Shown: positions 13,201 through 26,335, counted from the first letter of the whole stretch. The stretch is 63,479 bases of DNA, filler included, from Choristocarpus tenellus KU-1152 (GCA_964200185.2; 13 parts of 13 records of this genome joined end to end with filler, not necessarily neighbours in it); one strand, 5' to 3'. Notes: generated by a model not told the origin, from the sequence alone. Numbers and translations are program-made.

Positions 13201-16200
13201 TCCTGGGCTGAAGGTATTGCTCCTGCAGCACAATTGATTTGCTCAGATTATTTCCTTGCAATGATCTTAGGGGGGTGATAGATTTTTTTTAGCAGTACGC
13301 AACTTAATTTCTAACCTCCAATAGAGTGAGATGGCAACTGAAGCACACATCTGAAATACAGTTCTTAATTGAGACAGATAAAAAGTGGGAGGGAATGATT
13401 ATAAAACCCTGAAACTCACATCATGCCCGTAGGAATACATACCGAAGTAGTTGTTGTGTATGTTACTATTCAAAATATCTCCTTTCACATCAACCGTGTC
13501 GAAAATCTCTGGGTTGGATTTGTCTGAACAGAATCCACGCACCTGACAATAGAGGGGAGTTGTTTTGGGGGTTTGTAGGTTACAAAAATAGTTTATGATC
13601 AAAACTCATTTCGCTTTTTACCCATGTACAAAAAGTTCTTAATGTCTGAAATAGTGTTGAAACCTTCAAGTGACAAGTAAAAACCTTGAGGCACTTCCAT
13701 AATAAATCTATACTTCGAGCTTACCTTCCAGCTTAGACCGTAGGACTCGCTCTGGTGGTATCCTAGGTGTGATATCTCGCTGTTTTTAATGTTCATAGTG
13801 CAAACACCCATGTGGCTCTTAGCAAATCCTTTTGTAGTTCCATCAGCACATTTGAAATTAGGATCTAGCATTACCTGCACATATTGGAGAAATACCAATG
13901 GACAGGTCAGTAAGATGTAGTAAACTAAATAATCAGATTATTGTGGACTTGAAATAATAGGTAAAGCAGAATAAAGGCATTCCAAACACTCCCACAGGTC
14001 TATGTTACTTCAGAACTAACAAGAGATTCTCACACTCACCACTTAGTTTGTGCTTAGTGACTCAACTGCACACATACCAACCCTTTCATGTCAGAAGGAC
14101 AAGTCTACTGAAGGTGGAGCACCATCTCTCCAATCCCAAATATAACTAATGCCATTGGCTCAAAGTATCTGTGGAAGGGGGGCGGTTTACACCAGGGTGT
14201 CCATTTGGGCTCTGACCAGCAGAAGTGCACTTGCATTACCCATCCAACGCATGCAACCAAATCATTAAAAATTGCGACATGGAAAAATGGGCCTCAAAGG
14301 GAGAGCCAGTACTCACACCAAGATACTTCGAGCCACTGCAGGAAACCTACAGCTATGTACCCTGCACTTTATGTCACAGGAAAAATCAATGCTATAATAA
14401 TCTTGTCATTGTTTAACACTATTATTTTTAGTATGCAATATAAAAATACCTAACCCTGGTTAATCACTGTTTCTTGACTGTTTCTTCAACTTTCTGATGG
14501 GTTAACACCAAGTTACGTCAATGGATGAGCACATCAGAACATGTGTTTGGAAGTGATGTTGTATTGAACATACCTCCGTGATGCAGCTGATGTAAGGTCG
14601 GCCATCATCGTACGTGTCATCTGGAGCACCATTAACCCAGGAAGTAACCTATGAGTGTAAAACATTCTTGGCATCAAAAAAATCACTAGAAGAAGCAATT
14701 TTGCGAAAAAAAAATACTATCGAAGCAGTGACGAAAAACCAGTGACACTGGCATGTTCACCTAAAAAAATGTAATTGTTTAGATAGAGTAGAGGGCACAG
14801 CTTTGCGATTTTTTATGACTGATGGGGTGTATTATCTAAGATGAGCATCTAATCAGCCCTATTTTAACATGCTTTCAATGTCGTCTAGAGGGGACTCTAC
14901 CTTTGAGTGATCGATCTCGAGGTTACCCCCATGGGCACGAAGATTGTATTTTGTTCCAGGTTCGCTAGAGATGCGAAGCTCATCACAGTCTCCACCCTGT
15001 ACAAGATTGAGATTGTATGGTCCGTAACAAGGAGCAAAGGTTGATACCTCACTCGGTAAAATATGTAAGGAAAAGAAGATAATCCAACGACGTCATCTCT
15101 GTCACTTGTTAATATTCCTTCAACACAATTATCTTTATGCAGTTAAAGTATTCCAACTCAGTTACTGTTACATTCATTGTCTCGGATATTTATCAATGTC
15201 ATTTCTGCAATTATCTCTGCGCTTGTTGTCTCACCACTTTTGATCCTCGAAGGTCAAGCTGTGCACCCTTCGTGATATACAGATCACTCTCGATAAACCA
15301 GAAACCTGTAACGTTTGCAGATCCAGTAATCTCACCACTCACTGCATCAACAGGGTAAAGAGGACCCTGATGATATGTGATGAGATCATACAAAGAAGAG
15401 GCAAGCACGTCAAATCAGTGGATACCCTTACACATTGTTCACATCCTTTAACAGAGAATAATTGCAAGGGGTTCTAGAGGTTGACTTGTTTCATATTCAG
15501 TGTAAAATATCTTGTTCAAAACCGTTTAATTTACTACTCACAGGAAATATACACAAATGATAAGAGTTCCAGTGTTTTAGTACCAAGCTAATATCTGCAC
15601 ATGAACTAATCTAGCAAGTGAACAAAACGAGTAGTTTGGAAGAAAACCGTTGACCACGGCAGATATTTCTCCTTGAAAGACTGGAAGCCTACGAAAAAGA
15701 GATGTAATTTGGTGTGTGTCTAGGTCCCAGATCCCTGCTACTGATCTTTAATGAAAGAAAATAAATGAATGTAGTACTTTAACTGGGAACGTTTGGGTCA
15801 TTCTTGCAACATTATCATGTAAATTTTTCTTCTGCATATAAACCCTATCTGTGTTTGAAACACTTGGCACAAATTAAACACCACATTCAACACATCGTAC
15901 CGTTGTTCTCCCGATGAACCCAGTCATGATAACACGACAATAGTCATAACTGCTACTTCTGTGAAGAACATTCTAATCGACCCTTATGCTTCACATTCCT
16001 TCAGCCAATTTCCATTCTTATAGCAACAACCTCGAACCAACGGGCAAACACCAATGCTCCAGACGATAACTTCTCCCAGCAAATCATTTTCTTAGGTGCA
16101 TGTTTTCATTAATATTATGATTTATCTACAACATATGTTCAACGAGCGATCTTGCACAGCCATTTCTCTCACGAAGTTCACGGTCCTGAACTTCCGGCAC

Positions 16201-17133
16201 CTTAGACCGTTTTCATCTGTATGACCTGCGCGTGTCATGGTCATCCTGATATGAAAACCTGCGAACTCAAACGACTTTTAGACAACTGGAGTCTACCCAT
16301 AACTTCCCATTCCCATCAATCGACCGAAACAATAATATGCCTCTACAGCCTCACATTGAAAACGCTTGTATCAAGTTCGCAGAAAATTGAATTATTTCAA
16401 TTTGCACGCCTTTTGAAAACGATCTGTTCGATTTGTCGCTCTTCCAAATACAGTGTGCCTTGTCTTTCCTCCTTGTCCAAAATGTTCACCGCCGAATTTG
16501 CACACAGTCAGCACAATTTAACATGATCTCAAACATTCGCGACGATAGAACTCCAAGCAATTCTAGATCGTCGCTGTATTCAATATATAGTCCTGGCAAA
16601 GGAATGGTGCAAGAAGTAAACTCCACTACATTTTGCTAACTTCATCAAGTCCATTAAAGGTTGGCCAACATCCTTTCTCTATGTCAGCTGCTGCATCCAC
16701 CTGACTTACAAGGATTCTCAAGCTTCTTTGACCCGTGTAGAATACAAGCATCATCATTAATTGACATTCTGCTGGAGTTCTGCAGGTTTCGTGAAAGAGA
16801 TCACTGTTTGTCACCTGGGAGTTCACCTTTGTAAACCTTGGAAGGATTGAGGAATGAAATACCTTAAGCTGTCAATCTTGTTATGAACTGAGTGCAACAA
16901 CCCCCATCCTGTAATATCACCCCACCTACCTTTGGTATCCCTCCTTTCAGGGTGCCGCGTGCCACTAGTAGGTCGGTCAATGTTACAACGCACAGGTCTT
17001 CCACAAATTCACCTTCTACGTACAATCGTTCAGAAGACGCTGCATATCGAATTGTAGGCATGGTACATGCAGCTACGGCAGAGAAGACACCTGATAGGGC
17101 CACCAAGGCCAACAGGTATGTAGAAGAGCCCAT
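10264..17133 (-). CDS. MC5E: Mannuronan C5-epimerase (alginate-modifying, parallel beta-helix), apparently complete, 11 exons, 499 aa
   Basis: Exons 17133-16930, 15366-15235, 14996-14901, 14648-14574, 13874-13725, 13542-13420, 12642-12534, 12232-11979, 11403-11288, 10833-10735, 10405-10264 total 1500 nt; all GT-AG and phase-compatible. Signal peptide MGSSTYLLALVALSGVFSAVAA; motifs NLRAHGG, DGRPYI, SESYGLSWKVRGFC, YFGMYSYGH, catalytic YGFDPHDDSD, NHGIIASKRC, GIMLHR. The last exon is the least certain. Confidence 0.93.
14157..14228. mobile_element. MITE family B terminal fragment in MC5E intron 4
   Basis: GGCTCAAAGTATCTG...GGGGGG...TACACCAGGGTGTCCATTTGGG matches the reverse complement of 35812-35879. 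Confidence 0.75.
15850..16760 (-). mobile_element. Degenerate piggyBac-like transposase 3' remnant in MC5E intron 1
   Basis: Broken minus-strand translation gives KSGVDA-like text near 16700 (compare YNxxMGGVD) and YCRV...RTTVRCVECGV/ICAKCFKH at about 15945-15855, resembling the piggyBac C-terminal Cys-rich domain. Many stops and frameshifts; no TTAA termini identified. Confidence 0.45.
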
Positions 17134-17462
17134 AGTAGACCTGATATTGACAACGAGGGCAGTGCAGTGCGGTCATTCAGTCCTCAGCTATGCCTTCACA
17201 TCTGACAGAAGCACTACCTACAATTTCGATTCCGACAAAGTATGTGCTGGTTACGTCGACGATCCACAAGAATTTGTCCACGCATGACCCTGTGAATTAT
17301 TACATTGATCGAAGTCTCACCCTTTTTACTCTTCGCNNNNNNNNNNNNNNNNNNNNNNNNNNNNNNNNNNNNNNNNNNNNTTAATTAATTAANNNNNNNN
17401 NNNNNNNNNNNNNNNNNNNNNNNNNNNNNNNNNNNNCCACCAACGTAAACAGACGCCGGGAT

Positions 17463-17503
<41 letters not shown>

Positions 17504-17917
17504 ATTGAAAAGGAAGAGTACAGGGCGAAGTACAACCAGAAACAGTTACAATACAGTTACAATCGTAACCGTTTACAGTTACCCTCGGGTAGACTTGACT
17601 GAGGGTTTGGAGCAAAATTGTGGAAGCAGAGCGGACTCAAGTGTTTGCTCTTTTTTTTTTCCTACTCTTTGAGCCAATATAATAAAAATAAAACATATTC
17701 TGTTGGGGCTCTAGGAAAGTACCTATCTCTTTAACCCTCTACTCACGTGTTAGAAAAACTTGAATCGGTAAGACTACATCTAGCCAATCAAAACTGCTCA
17801 AACACTTCTCCTAGTCCAACTCTTGTAAAAACAAAACAAAAAACAAAGCATCAACGGACGCAACAGGGGTAGGGTTAGGGCTAAGATTATCTGGAGACAT
17901 AGTAGAGGTTGTCTCAC

Positions 17918-19718
17918 CAGCATGGCTTCCACCATTTGAGTGGGAGTAGGTTTCAACCCCAGAGAGTGTTTTTCCAACGCCTCCTTGGTGGGGAAAGGAA
18001 ACACCGCTTTCATCTTTGCCTCAGAGCCCGATGGCATCACCACAGGCAGCATGGTCTCCAGATCTATGGCCAAATTTTTTTCCCGAATGTATTTGATCAT
18101 CTCTTTCCTCAGACAAGACACAAACACACAGACATAAGAGCAAGGACAACACAAGCGTATTGCCGTAAGGTTTACTTCACATCTACTTCAGGGATGGAAG
18201 GTATATATATATATATATATATTGTATATTCATGTATGTGTGTGTAGTACATACATACACATGCATTGTAAGAGGGACGGTCAAGATCTCGGTGTATGTT
18301 GGGATAATGCAGATGTAGTTGTCTGGTGTACAGGGGGGGAAATGTGAGTGGTAGAAGATGGTGACAATCTTTTAGTGCGGTGGTGGAATCAGGGCATGCC
18401 ATAGAGAGGTTGTGGAGTGGGCAGTATAGTATCACCGACAAAGGAACCCACAACCTCACAATATATTCAGCATACAATGAAGGAGGTGTTCCAAAACTTC
18501 GTGACTAGTCCGGACTCACTGCCACCTCCACATATAGTCGGCGACAATATCTTATTCCAGAGGGAAATCGGAAGCTTGGAACAAACTGAAGCTCGATTTT
18601 ATGTTGTGAGATGGATGAACGAGTCAATCAAACCAGGGAATTACTGCATATTGGAAGTAGCTACTCTTGCTGAACACAGTGATGGAGATAGGCAGGCGGG
18701 GGGGGATGGTATCCCCGTTGGAATGGTTAAGCCAGCATTCTGGTGACACCCTTATCCGTTCTTTGCATTGAATGAATAGGCACAAGGAAAAATACTCCAC
18801 ATCTAGAACTGCCCACACCTCAGTTCTCTGTTGAGGTAATTCAAACACAACAAGAGCAACCGACCTTACCACAATCAGATATGTCGCATCTACCAGTCTG
18901 CAGGAAAGCAACAAGTCTGGATAATTGGCTGTGATTAGGGTGAGGATTATGACAAATAACTACAAACGTGCAAACTCTATGTATTGCCAAGATTTCACAG
19001 GATAGGGAGGAGGAATTCTTCGCATGGACTCACTCTCCGCCTCTATCTCCTCCGCTGTCATGTCCGAATTCATCGCCGAGTCAGGGTCTTGGAATTGCTC
19101 GTAATCATCAGGCACTGCAGCGGATGACTGTTGTTCCTTCGCACTTGTGGTCTTAGGCGTAGGAGCCTTTTCAGTTGACGGTGCAGGGCCAAAGCCCTTG
19201 CGTTTCCCAACGGGCGGCGCAGAGGCTTCCGCCCCATTCACTACCGGAGCTACCTCTTTCCCGGATTCCCGCACCACTGGAGAGGGAGGTATGGAAGACG
19301 GAGCTTCTACCGGCACGGAAGTGTCTACCCTGTTCGTCAAATTTGTATCAACCCCTGTCCCAGTTGTCGTCGCTGGCGCATTTGGGGAAGCCACGGTTGT
19401 CACCCCTTCGACGACACCTTCCTTTTTCACTGATGGATTCGTCTTCTTCCCCTTGGTAGTCCGTTGTTTTTTTGTCCCCTTCTTCTTGGCCATCATTACG
19501 ACGGCCTCGCTGCGCCTATAGTATCGTGGGAGACATCTTGCTAACTGCCCTCCAAAGACGGATGGACCAACGGAAACCTGCTCATTATGAATGTTGCAAC
19601 TTCTCCGGATTATTCCAGCAGAGGGTGCCACGAATCCCCCAGCAGGCTTTGCATTCAAACACGCCGTGACGCCAAGCGTGAGTGCGGTCATGAATCGTCC
19701 TCTCTTCATGCTATCCAT
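17918..19718 (-). CDS. Unknown protein with probable bipartite plastid-targeting presequence, 3'-partial
   Basis: Long exon 1 from ATG 19718 or 19709 to about 18970-19000: hydrophobic MTALTLGVTACLNAKPAGG, then FVAP (ASAFAP-like), an Arg/Ser-rich transit-like region, and Lys-rich and Pro/Ser/Thr-rich segments. Second exon about 18107-17918 (EMIKYIREKNLAIDLETMLPVVMP...MVEAML|GTGAGA). The exon 1 donor is unresolved. Confidence 0.7.
18480..18710 (+). mobile_element. Possible degenerate Copia RNase H C-terminal remnant in an intron
   Basis: PPHIVGDN...EARFYVVRWMNESIKPGNYCILEVATLAEHSD loosely follows the PxxIxxDN...RxHxxRExVxxG...VxTxxQxAD pattern and is followed by a G-rich tract. Confidence 0.3.
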
Positions 19719-20039
19719 GTGATCGACTACGACCAGAGCTGTAGCAGTTGGCCTGGCCGTAGGGACAGCTCCCGCATGAGGTTGTTCTTGGATGCGATGA
19801 GCTGCTCTCGGAGCAGCAGTCCACCGTATACTGAGCACCGTACACTGCAGACAATGTAATATATTGTAGGTTTAGACATGGGACAACCTCAAGACCTCAA
19901 CCTACTTCATGTTTTTATTTATTTATTGAGACCCTCAACAGGACTACAGGAACAACACCATCAACCACGAAACTAGAGCACCCACAGAGCACTAGTTTTA
20001 AAGGGTTCGCCTCGTGCGTGTACCCTTCGACAGTAGCAA

Positions 20040-21962
20040 ATGGCGACTTTCAACTCGAACCAGCAGGCGAAGGCTCTGGCCCACATCGCAGATGCAGAAA
20101 AGTCCCTTAAGAAGTGGTCGATGTTTGGCACGTCAACCAAGTATGAGGATGCAGCAGAGAGCTTCAAAAAAGCGGGGAACTGTTACAAGGTGAATTGTCG
20201 TCCCAAGGGGGTGCGGTGAAAGGAAAGTAGCAACATCAGTTACGGGGAAGCATCTTGGCAAACTTAAGCTCTCATTGCCTGCATTGGCAGTCGCGAAATT
20301 GAGTAAGAAAGGGGCAATTTGAGTGTAGGCGAGCCCATTGTCCGACTGTGTAAGACCGTGGCAGATGGTGTTTGCAGAGGAGAAGATGCGCCCTTTACTT
20401 GGTTTGATGCGATTGGAGGATGAATTCTGATGGTCGACTAGAATGTTGGTCGACCTCTGGTGAGATGGTTTCAATTTATACTTTTCTCGGGTCTTCTAGT
20501 GCCTAGGTTGCTTATTTTCTGTTGCCAATTACTTTCAACGAAAAACGTAAGTTAACAGCTTTGTCGAAGTGGTTAGGAGACCTTACGGAATGCCACATAG
20601 GTGCACTTGTCGGACTCCACCAAACCCTGACTGACCACTGCCCGGTTCAGATCTCGCAAATGTGGAAGGAGGCTTCAGAAGCTTACGGCAAAGCCGCTGA
20701 AAACTACCAACTATCTAAGGATGACCACGAGACCGCCAATGCGCACCTTGATGCCGCAAAATGCTTGAAGAATGTCAGCCCCGGGGATGCTATCGAGTCA
20801 TATCTGAAGGTGATTGATCTATAGTACCGCATTCCGATCTATCCAGATTTATGATCCTGAGTACAGTACGTGTTGTGACACTCCTTGCTCTTGAGCCCAA
20901 CTCCGAACCCAACTCGAGGATGGATACGTGGAAGCCGGTGTTCTTATGCTCACCTTTCTCATTGTGGGGGGAAATGTGAAGGACAATTATTTCCCTAGTT
21001 GAAGTATCTTCTCTCCCCAACAGATTGCACAAGATTGGTTTGTGTGGAACTGTGTTCTGACTGCTTGATCTGTACGATATTCCCTTTGGTTTTGTAGCTA
21101 TTGTCAACAGTTACGATTAAAGCTAGGCTTGGGGAAACACACTTGCTGCTGAGGTGAGAGGACTTTAGTTGCGATCCAAGCATTATGGTCACCCACTGGG
21201 TAAGACAAGAACAAGGAAGACTGTTGAAGAAAATTGAATAATACCAGTCAGAGGGTAATTGCTACTCGAATCAACAACTGGGGAAAATGATCAAAATGTC
21301 AGCATCATTGACGATGGTTTTCCACTCTCCTACCTGGCCTCCAGCTGTGCAAGGGAACCTGCCTTATCCATCCAACAACCCATTGAACACCCATCTATAC
21401 ACCCATTACAGCTGTTTTGATCTGCAAAAAAAAAAGCTCTGAAATTTCCCCTCCTTTGGCAAAAGTATCGATATTATTGTTTTACGATTATTTCTACCAC
21501 TTTTGTATCGTTCCAAAACATTCGATACATGTTGATATCTCCTTCATTCATGCAAAAAAAACAAAAAACATGCGATACATTTTTTTTTGGTGTAACTGCG
21601 CAACAACACAGTCAACACCCTCCTTGTCAGCAGCAGCACCGGCTCTTAATGCGCATGTCACTATCCTCATCGCCATGGGCACCCAGTCCACATCCATCCA
21701 TCCATCCACCGGCGGGCCTACCTTGCCCCACCTGTCGACATGTAGGCCTTCTATATCCCCCAACACAGCACGAATTTGCTTTTGTATGCACCAGAAACAA
21801 ACCCAAGCCTCGCGGCCTTCTCAGGTTGTTGACTATTTCACAGAGAAGGGGAGACTTGGGCAGGCGGGAAAACTTTACAAGGAAATGGGAGAGATATTTG
21901 AGGCCGACCACAACTTCATCGACGCTGTCACCAGCTACGAGCACGGGGCCAACTTCCACAAG
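20040..21962 (+). CDS. SEC17: Alpha-soluble NSF attachment protein (alpha-SNAP), exons 1-3, 3'-partial
   Basis: Exons 20040-20189, 20651-20809 and 21825-21962, all phase 0: MATFNSNQQAKALAHIADAEKSLKKWSMFGTSTKYEDAAESFKKAGNCYK|ISQMWKEASEAYGKAAE...HETANAHLDAAKCLK...|VVDYFTEKGRLGQAGKLYKEMGEIFE...YEHGANFHK. The third donor is AAG|GCAAGC. Confidence 0.93.
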
Positions 21963-22195
21963 GCAAGCCCGCTGATGTCATTGGACATTGACCTTCCACT
22001 TTCCTCTGATCTGATCTGCTCGGCTTCGTGCCACCAACGNNNNNNNNNNNNNNNNNNNNNNNNNNNNNNNNNNNNNNNNNNNNTTAATTAATTAANNNNN
22101 NNNNNNNNNNNNNNNNNNNNNNNNNNNNNNNNNNNNNNNCCCCCCACCCCCTCTCACAAACACAAAAAACACACTTCATCTCCCTCTCCTCTCAC

Positions 22196-24884
22196 CCTTA
22201 AATGGTCTAAACATCCCTCTTAATGCGTCCCCATCTCCTTCACCAAACATGCTTCTGTGAGGACCCGAGGGCTGGGGCTCACTGAACACGCTGCTAGCAT
22301 TCCTTTCAAACCCCTGCCATGTGTGTTCACCAAAGGTCCAGACCGGGGGAGGGGAGAGCAATGGCTTAAGATTACAAGCCCCAAAATTTAAATATTTGAT
22401 TGCCATGAGCAAGACATCGCCCTGGATACCAACTGAAAGTTAGGCAGTGTGAATTTGGAGGAACAGGGAGGGGCAGGAAAGGAACGTATTCAAACATGCA
22501 CTGCAGTGGTCTATGCAGTGGAGGTCTAGATCAAGTCTCATCTTACACAACAACAAAAAAGTCGAGACAGGATGGTGAAGGTATGTATAGTTCGTCCCAC
22601 ACAAACAGGTTTGCCTGACTGATACACGGTTCAACGCTGCAGTTAACGTCCAGATAAGAAAAAATAAAACAAACACTGAAGGTGGGGTCTCCATCCGTGA
22701 TGCTTCCAGGATCAACTCTACCACGGCATCAACAACCTTCCCTTCACAAAGTAACACCTCCTGCCCCCATTCTTCCCCACAAGACGGAGGCATATGCATG
22801 GTATGTTCCAGTAGAGGTCACACCAACATGAAGAAATCAGTGCAGCGCATGCTACTCTCCTAATACACAAACTAGGCCTGAGACGGTGGAGGGGACAAGA
22901 GATCCACACCAAATCAAATCCAGAGCAATCCAACAATACATCCAGCACCATCAATCCCAGACATGAGCTAATCTCTCCACCACAACCGTGAGGTTCAAAT
23001 TGAATGTCCAAGCACGTGATTGCCAATCTTATTAGAGAACCGTATCATGAACAGATTGCATCATGTCAAATTCAGGCATCAAGTCTACCCCAGCAATTTC
23101 GAAGGCATGCATTCCCAATCTCACAGGTACTGATTCCCCAACAAACTACCAGCATTTCTTAACCTATCAAGTCTAGGCTAAAAAAAAAAGCCCTAGGTTG
23201 CCGCATTGCGTCAAATGTAGGAGTACCATGCTCAGTCCCAATCAAGGAACAATGAATGTGCTTCCCCACAACACATTCCAGGACTCATCATGTAAAAAAT
23301 GCTTCTAGAGTGTCCATTGAGTATTGGGGGCATACGGAAGGCAATTCCCCTGATTGCCACTGACAAGGGATATCACTCGTCTTGCCTTTTGAATCTTTTG
23401 ACTTGGCAAGCCCAGAAGAACTATTCTTCTGTTTAACCCACCTCCCAAAAGGTAGGACCAATAGGCCCCTTTCTCCTCTTCTTCAATAGTCTAAACACAG
23501 ATGTAGTGATTGATTGCTAACACAATACAGAATTGCATCCAACAGTGGCGTGTGCCAGCAACAGGAGAGGCAAGCTCTGCTCTACACTGCCATAAGCCTC
23601 TCCTTCCAGCAGTCAATATGACCTTCAAAAATTCAGATGAAACCCTTTGTTATACACACACATTTATTTCCCTGCCAATCCTATTCTCAGAAAAATAGTA
23701 CACTGGTTCACCCATCACATCCTTTACACCCAAAGCAAATATCGATGAACAGGCAGGCATCTGTTCCCCAGAGATCAAAAGATGACCCTTTTTCACCAAA
23801 GCTCCAATCATGATAACACATGGATCTATGCAAAAGCTACGGTAGCAGCACATAAAGATGACACTTCCTTCCTTGCACATGATCTATGATCAACCTCTCC
23901 TATGCATGCAAAGTAAGTCCTGCAGGAGATAGCGATGAAACCCTAGGGTGTATTGGGATGCACAAAATCCAATACTTTGAATAGAGAGGTTTGGAGAGAG
24001 AGCAAATTAAAATCCGTTTGAAAGCCTTGCAATGAAACCAAGCACTGAGCGCCACAGGGCGCCATGAGCAGATCACTCGTTGTGTGTTGCAAAAAAACTT
24101 TTAAAGTCTGACCCCTTAATTCTCGATACACAGTCTTTGATCTAATTCTCACGAGGCCAAAAAAAACATCAACATTCAAAACACACCCATGCTCCCCACA
24201 CACAGCAGGAACAATTGTTGATGAAAGGCAGGGAGTGTAGGAAAAAAAAAACTCTACAAAAACCTTTCAGTACCACAAGGGCTTGGGATTTTAAGTACCT
24301 GTGGATGCCTCGGAAAAAACTTGGACCATTGTGATTCGACATCACCGGTCCCCTCGCTACTCTCCGTCTTAGAGTACACTTCCACTGGGCGATGCTTATT
24401 GCAGGAACGCCAAACACGTAGGGTAGTCTCGCACTTCCGCTCACCATCGACACTTCGGCAGCTTGTGACAGTCTCCGTGCTGTACCGGCACGAGGGGTTC
24501 TCCTTCTTGTCTGTTGTGTGGGAAGGAAGCAAACGGATAAGGGATTTTGCTACGTGCTATTAGTTTGTCCATTCAAAAGGGGATCACTCCTACATAATAA
24601 CAACAGGGGTGTTCGCTCTCAACTCAGGAGTCATGGATGTAACGTAGCTTTGCCGCTCGGGATCACCATCTCACATAATAACCCCTTTGTCAACCCTTCC
24701 TATCCGGTTAGGAAACTATGGAAGTCCCAGAACATATGAAACAGGCGCAAGCAGAAAATGGAATAGCACAGAGCATTCGGCAAAAACCAATCATTCCATT
24801 ATATAGCTCTGAACTCCTCCAATAGAAATATACCGATCACAAGCACTCACCGCGCAATATGGCTTCTTTCATAGTCTCTGTCAT
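22196..24884 (-). CDS. Small Cys-motif protein resembling Mal d 1/Fra a 1-associated protein, exons 1-3, 3'-partial
   Basis: Exons 24884-24851, 24510-24299 and 22313-22196 have canonical sites and matching phases (1,0): MTETMKEAILRDKKENPSCRYSTETVTSCRSVDGERKCETTLRVWRSCNKHRPVEVYSKTESSE...HPQ|GFERNASSVFSEP...MFRPFK. The gene structure is well supported; the family call rests only on the four-Cys spacing (C..C..RKCE..RxC..PxEV). Confidence 0.65.
22700..23450 (-). mobile_element. Highly degenerate non-LTR (CRE-like) reverse transcriptase remnant in an intron
   Basis: Minus strand 23374-23345 reads as a frameshifted DI-RPVAIGE motif, with a degraded (A/T)YLDD-like segment (AITCLDI) near 23010; no intact ORF. 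Confidence 0.35.
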
Positions 24885-26173
24885 GGTCCTAGCTCCCTAA
24901 TTCTCTCCTATCGGAGAAAACCTTTCCTTCACCTGAGGATGAGTGACCACCATGGTATTAAACGGCGAGTTGTAAGATACGTGACTTGAGTTGAGTTCAT
25001 GTCACGCAAAACCAAACACAGGAAATATGACGCAGCAAACAAGGCAGCAACACTGGACACCGATGTAGACGCTGCATGCAAAATAACTGCTAATCGGTTT
25101 AGGAAATATTTGAACATCATCTAATTTGGTGGAAGTTCTCAGGGAGAAAGTAAAATATCTAAAGGGGTACGATGGTACGATAAGGCTCATTGCCAGGGAG
25201 GGTGGCCAATGAAGGGGAAGGACGGAGGAGTCCAGAGAAACCGCAAGGGACTAAGGGTGCTGGAAAATATGTTAGTGATGTCTACATCTGTTTTGGAGGT
25301 GACAGACAATATGCTGGTCGAAGAGGAGTCTGGAGTGACTTGAAGGGAGTCGACCGGGATCAAGGATGTCAGCTCCGGTGAGAGCCATAGCAACAAGGCA
25401 AGGGTGATAGAGTGTCTGTCTCAAAAGAGGGTCTAGTCTACAAGTATGCCCGAGAGTGAATGGAAGCGCACAACTTTGGGGGGATTTGCACAGGTCTCAC
25501 ACAAGCACATAGGGGGTCGTGTTGGATGACCAACAAGTTTAGATCTGAGGGAAGAAACATTGCACGTTGAGGAAAAAGGAGGAACCATAGACAGTCTTGT
25601 GTCGACGAAGAAGGGATGAGAATGGCATATTTGAATTATTACTAAAATGCGACACAGATCAAGTCGAAGGAAGTGGGAAATCATAGTAGAAAGAGATGCA
25701 GATTGAGAAAAATTTCCATCCTTCAACACTAGCGAAATGGACACAGGATGCAATGGGGACATCCTCCACCTTCTATACAATCCGTGGACAAGAAAACGAG
25801 CACCAGGTAGGAAGGTCAATACCGCAGATTATGGGTTGTCACAGGATACTTGCAATGTTGAACATTGTTACTGTTTGATAACACATCCATGTGATGAAGT
25901 CCTACGAAGGATGGAGATTACAATCCCTCGATATATCGATATATACTATTAGATAGTATTTTTTGTCGCTATTTTCGCAAGTTTTGAGAAATGAATATCG
26001 TCACCATACACATGTCTATATACGTCAAGTAGCTGATTGTAATTATTCCGTCCTAGGTGGAAGGCTTAATGGCAACAATGGCGACAAAGAGGAATGGTGG
26101 ATTGGATAGCACTGGTCAAACACAAGGATTTGTTCAGAGGAGGTTAGACTTTGAGATGTTCTATGTTGCAAGT

Positions 26174-26235
26174 GGCCCAAAGTATCTGGGGGGGGGGGGG
26201 GTGATAAAGGAGGGGGTAAAATTAAAAAAAAAAAA
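26174..26235. mobile_element. MITE family B terminus at contig end
   Basis: GGCCCAAAGTATCT followed by a G-run and then the contig break. Confidence 0.7.
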
Positions 26236-26335
26236 NNNNNNNNNNNNNNNNNNNNNNNNNNNNNNNNNNNNNNNNNNNNTTAATTAATTAANNNNNNNNN
26301 NNNNNNNNNNNNNNNNNNNNNNNNNNNNNNNNNNN

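Noticed and set aside
24990-25950. Divergent plus-strand gene upstream of the MdAP-like gene
   Set aside because: Coding-like composition, but every frame is interrupted and no family is recognisable.
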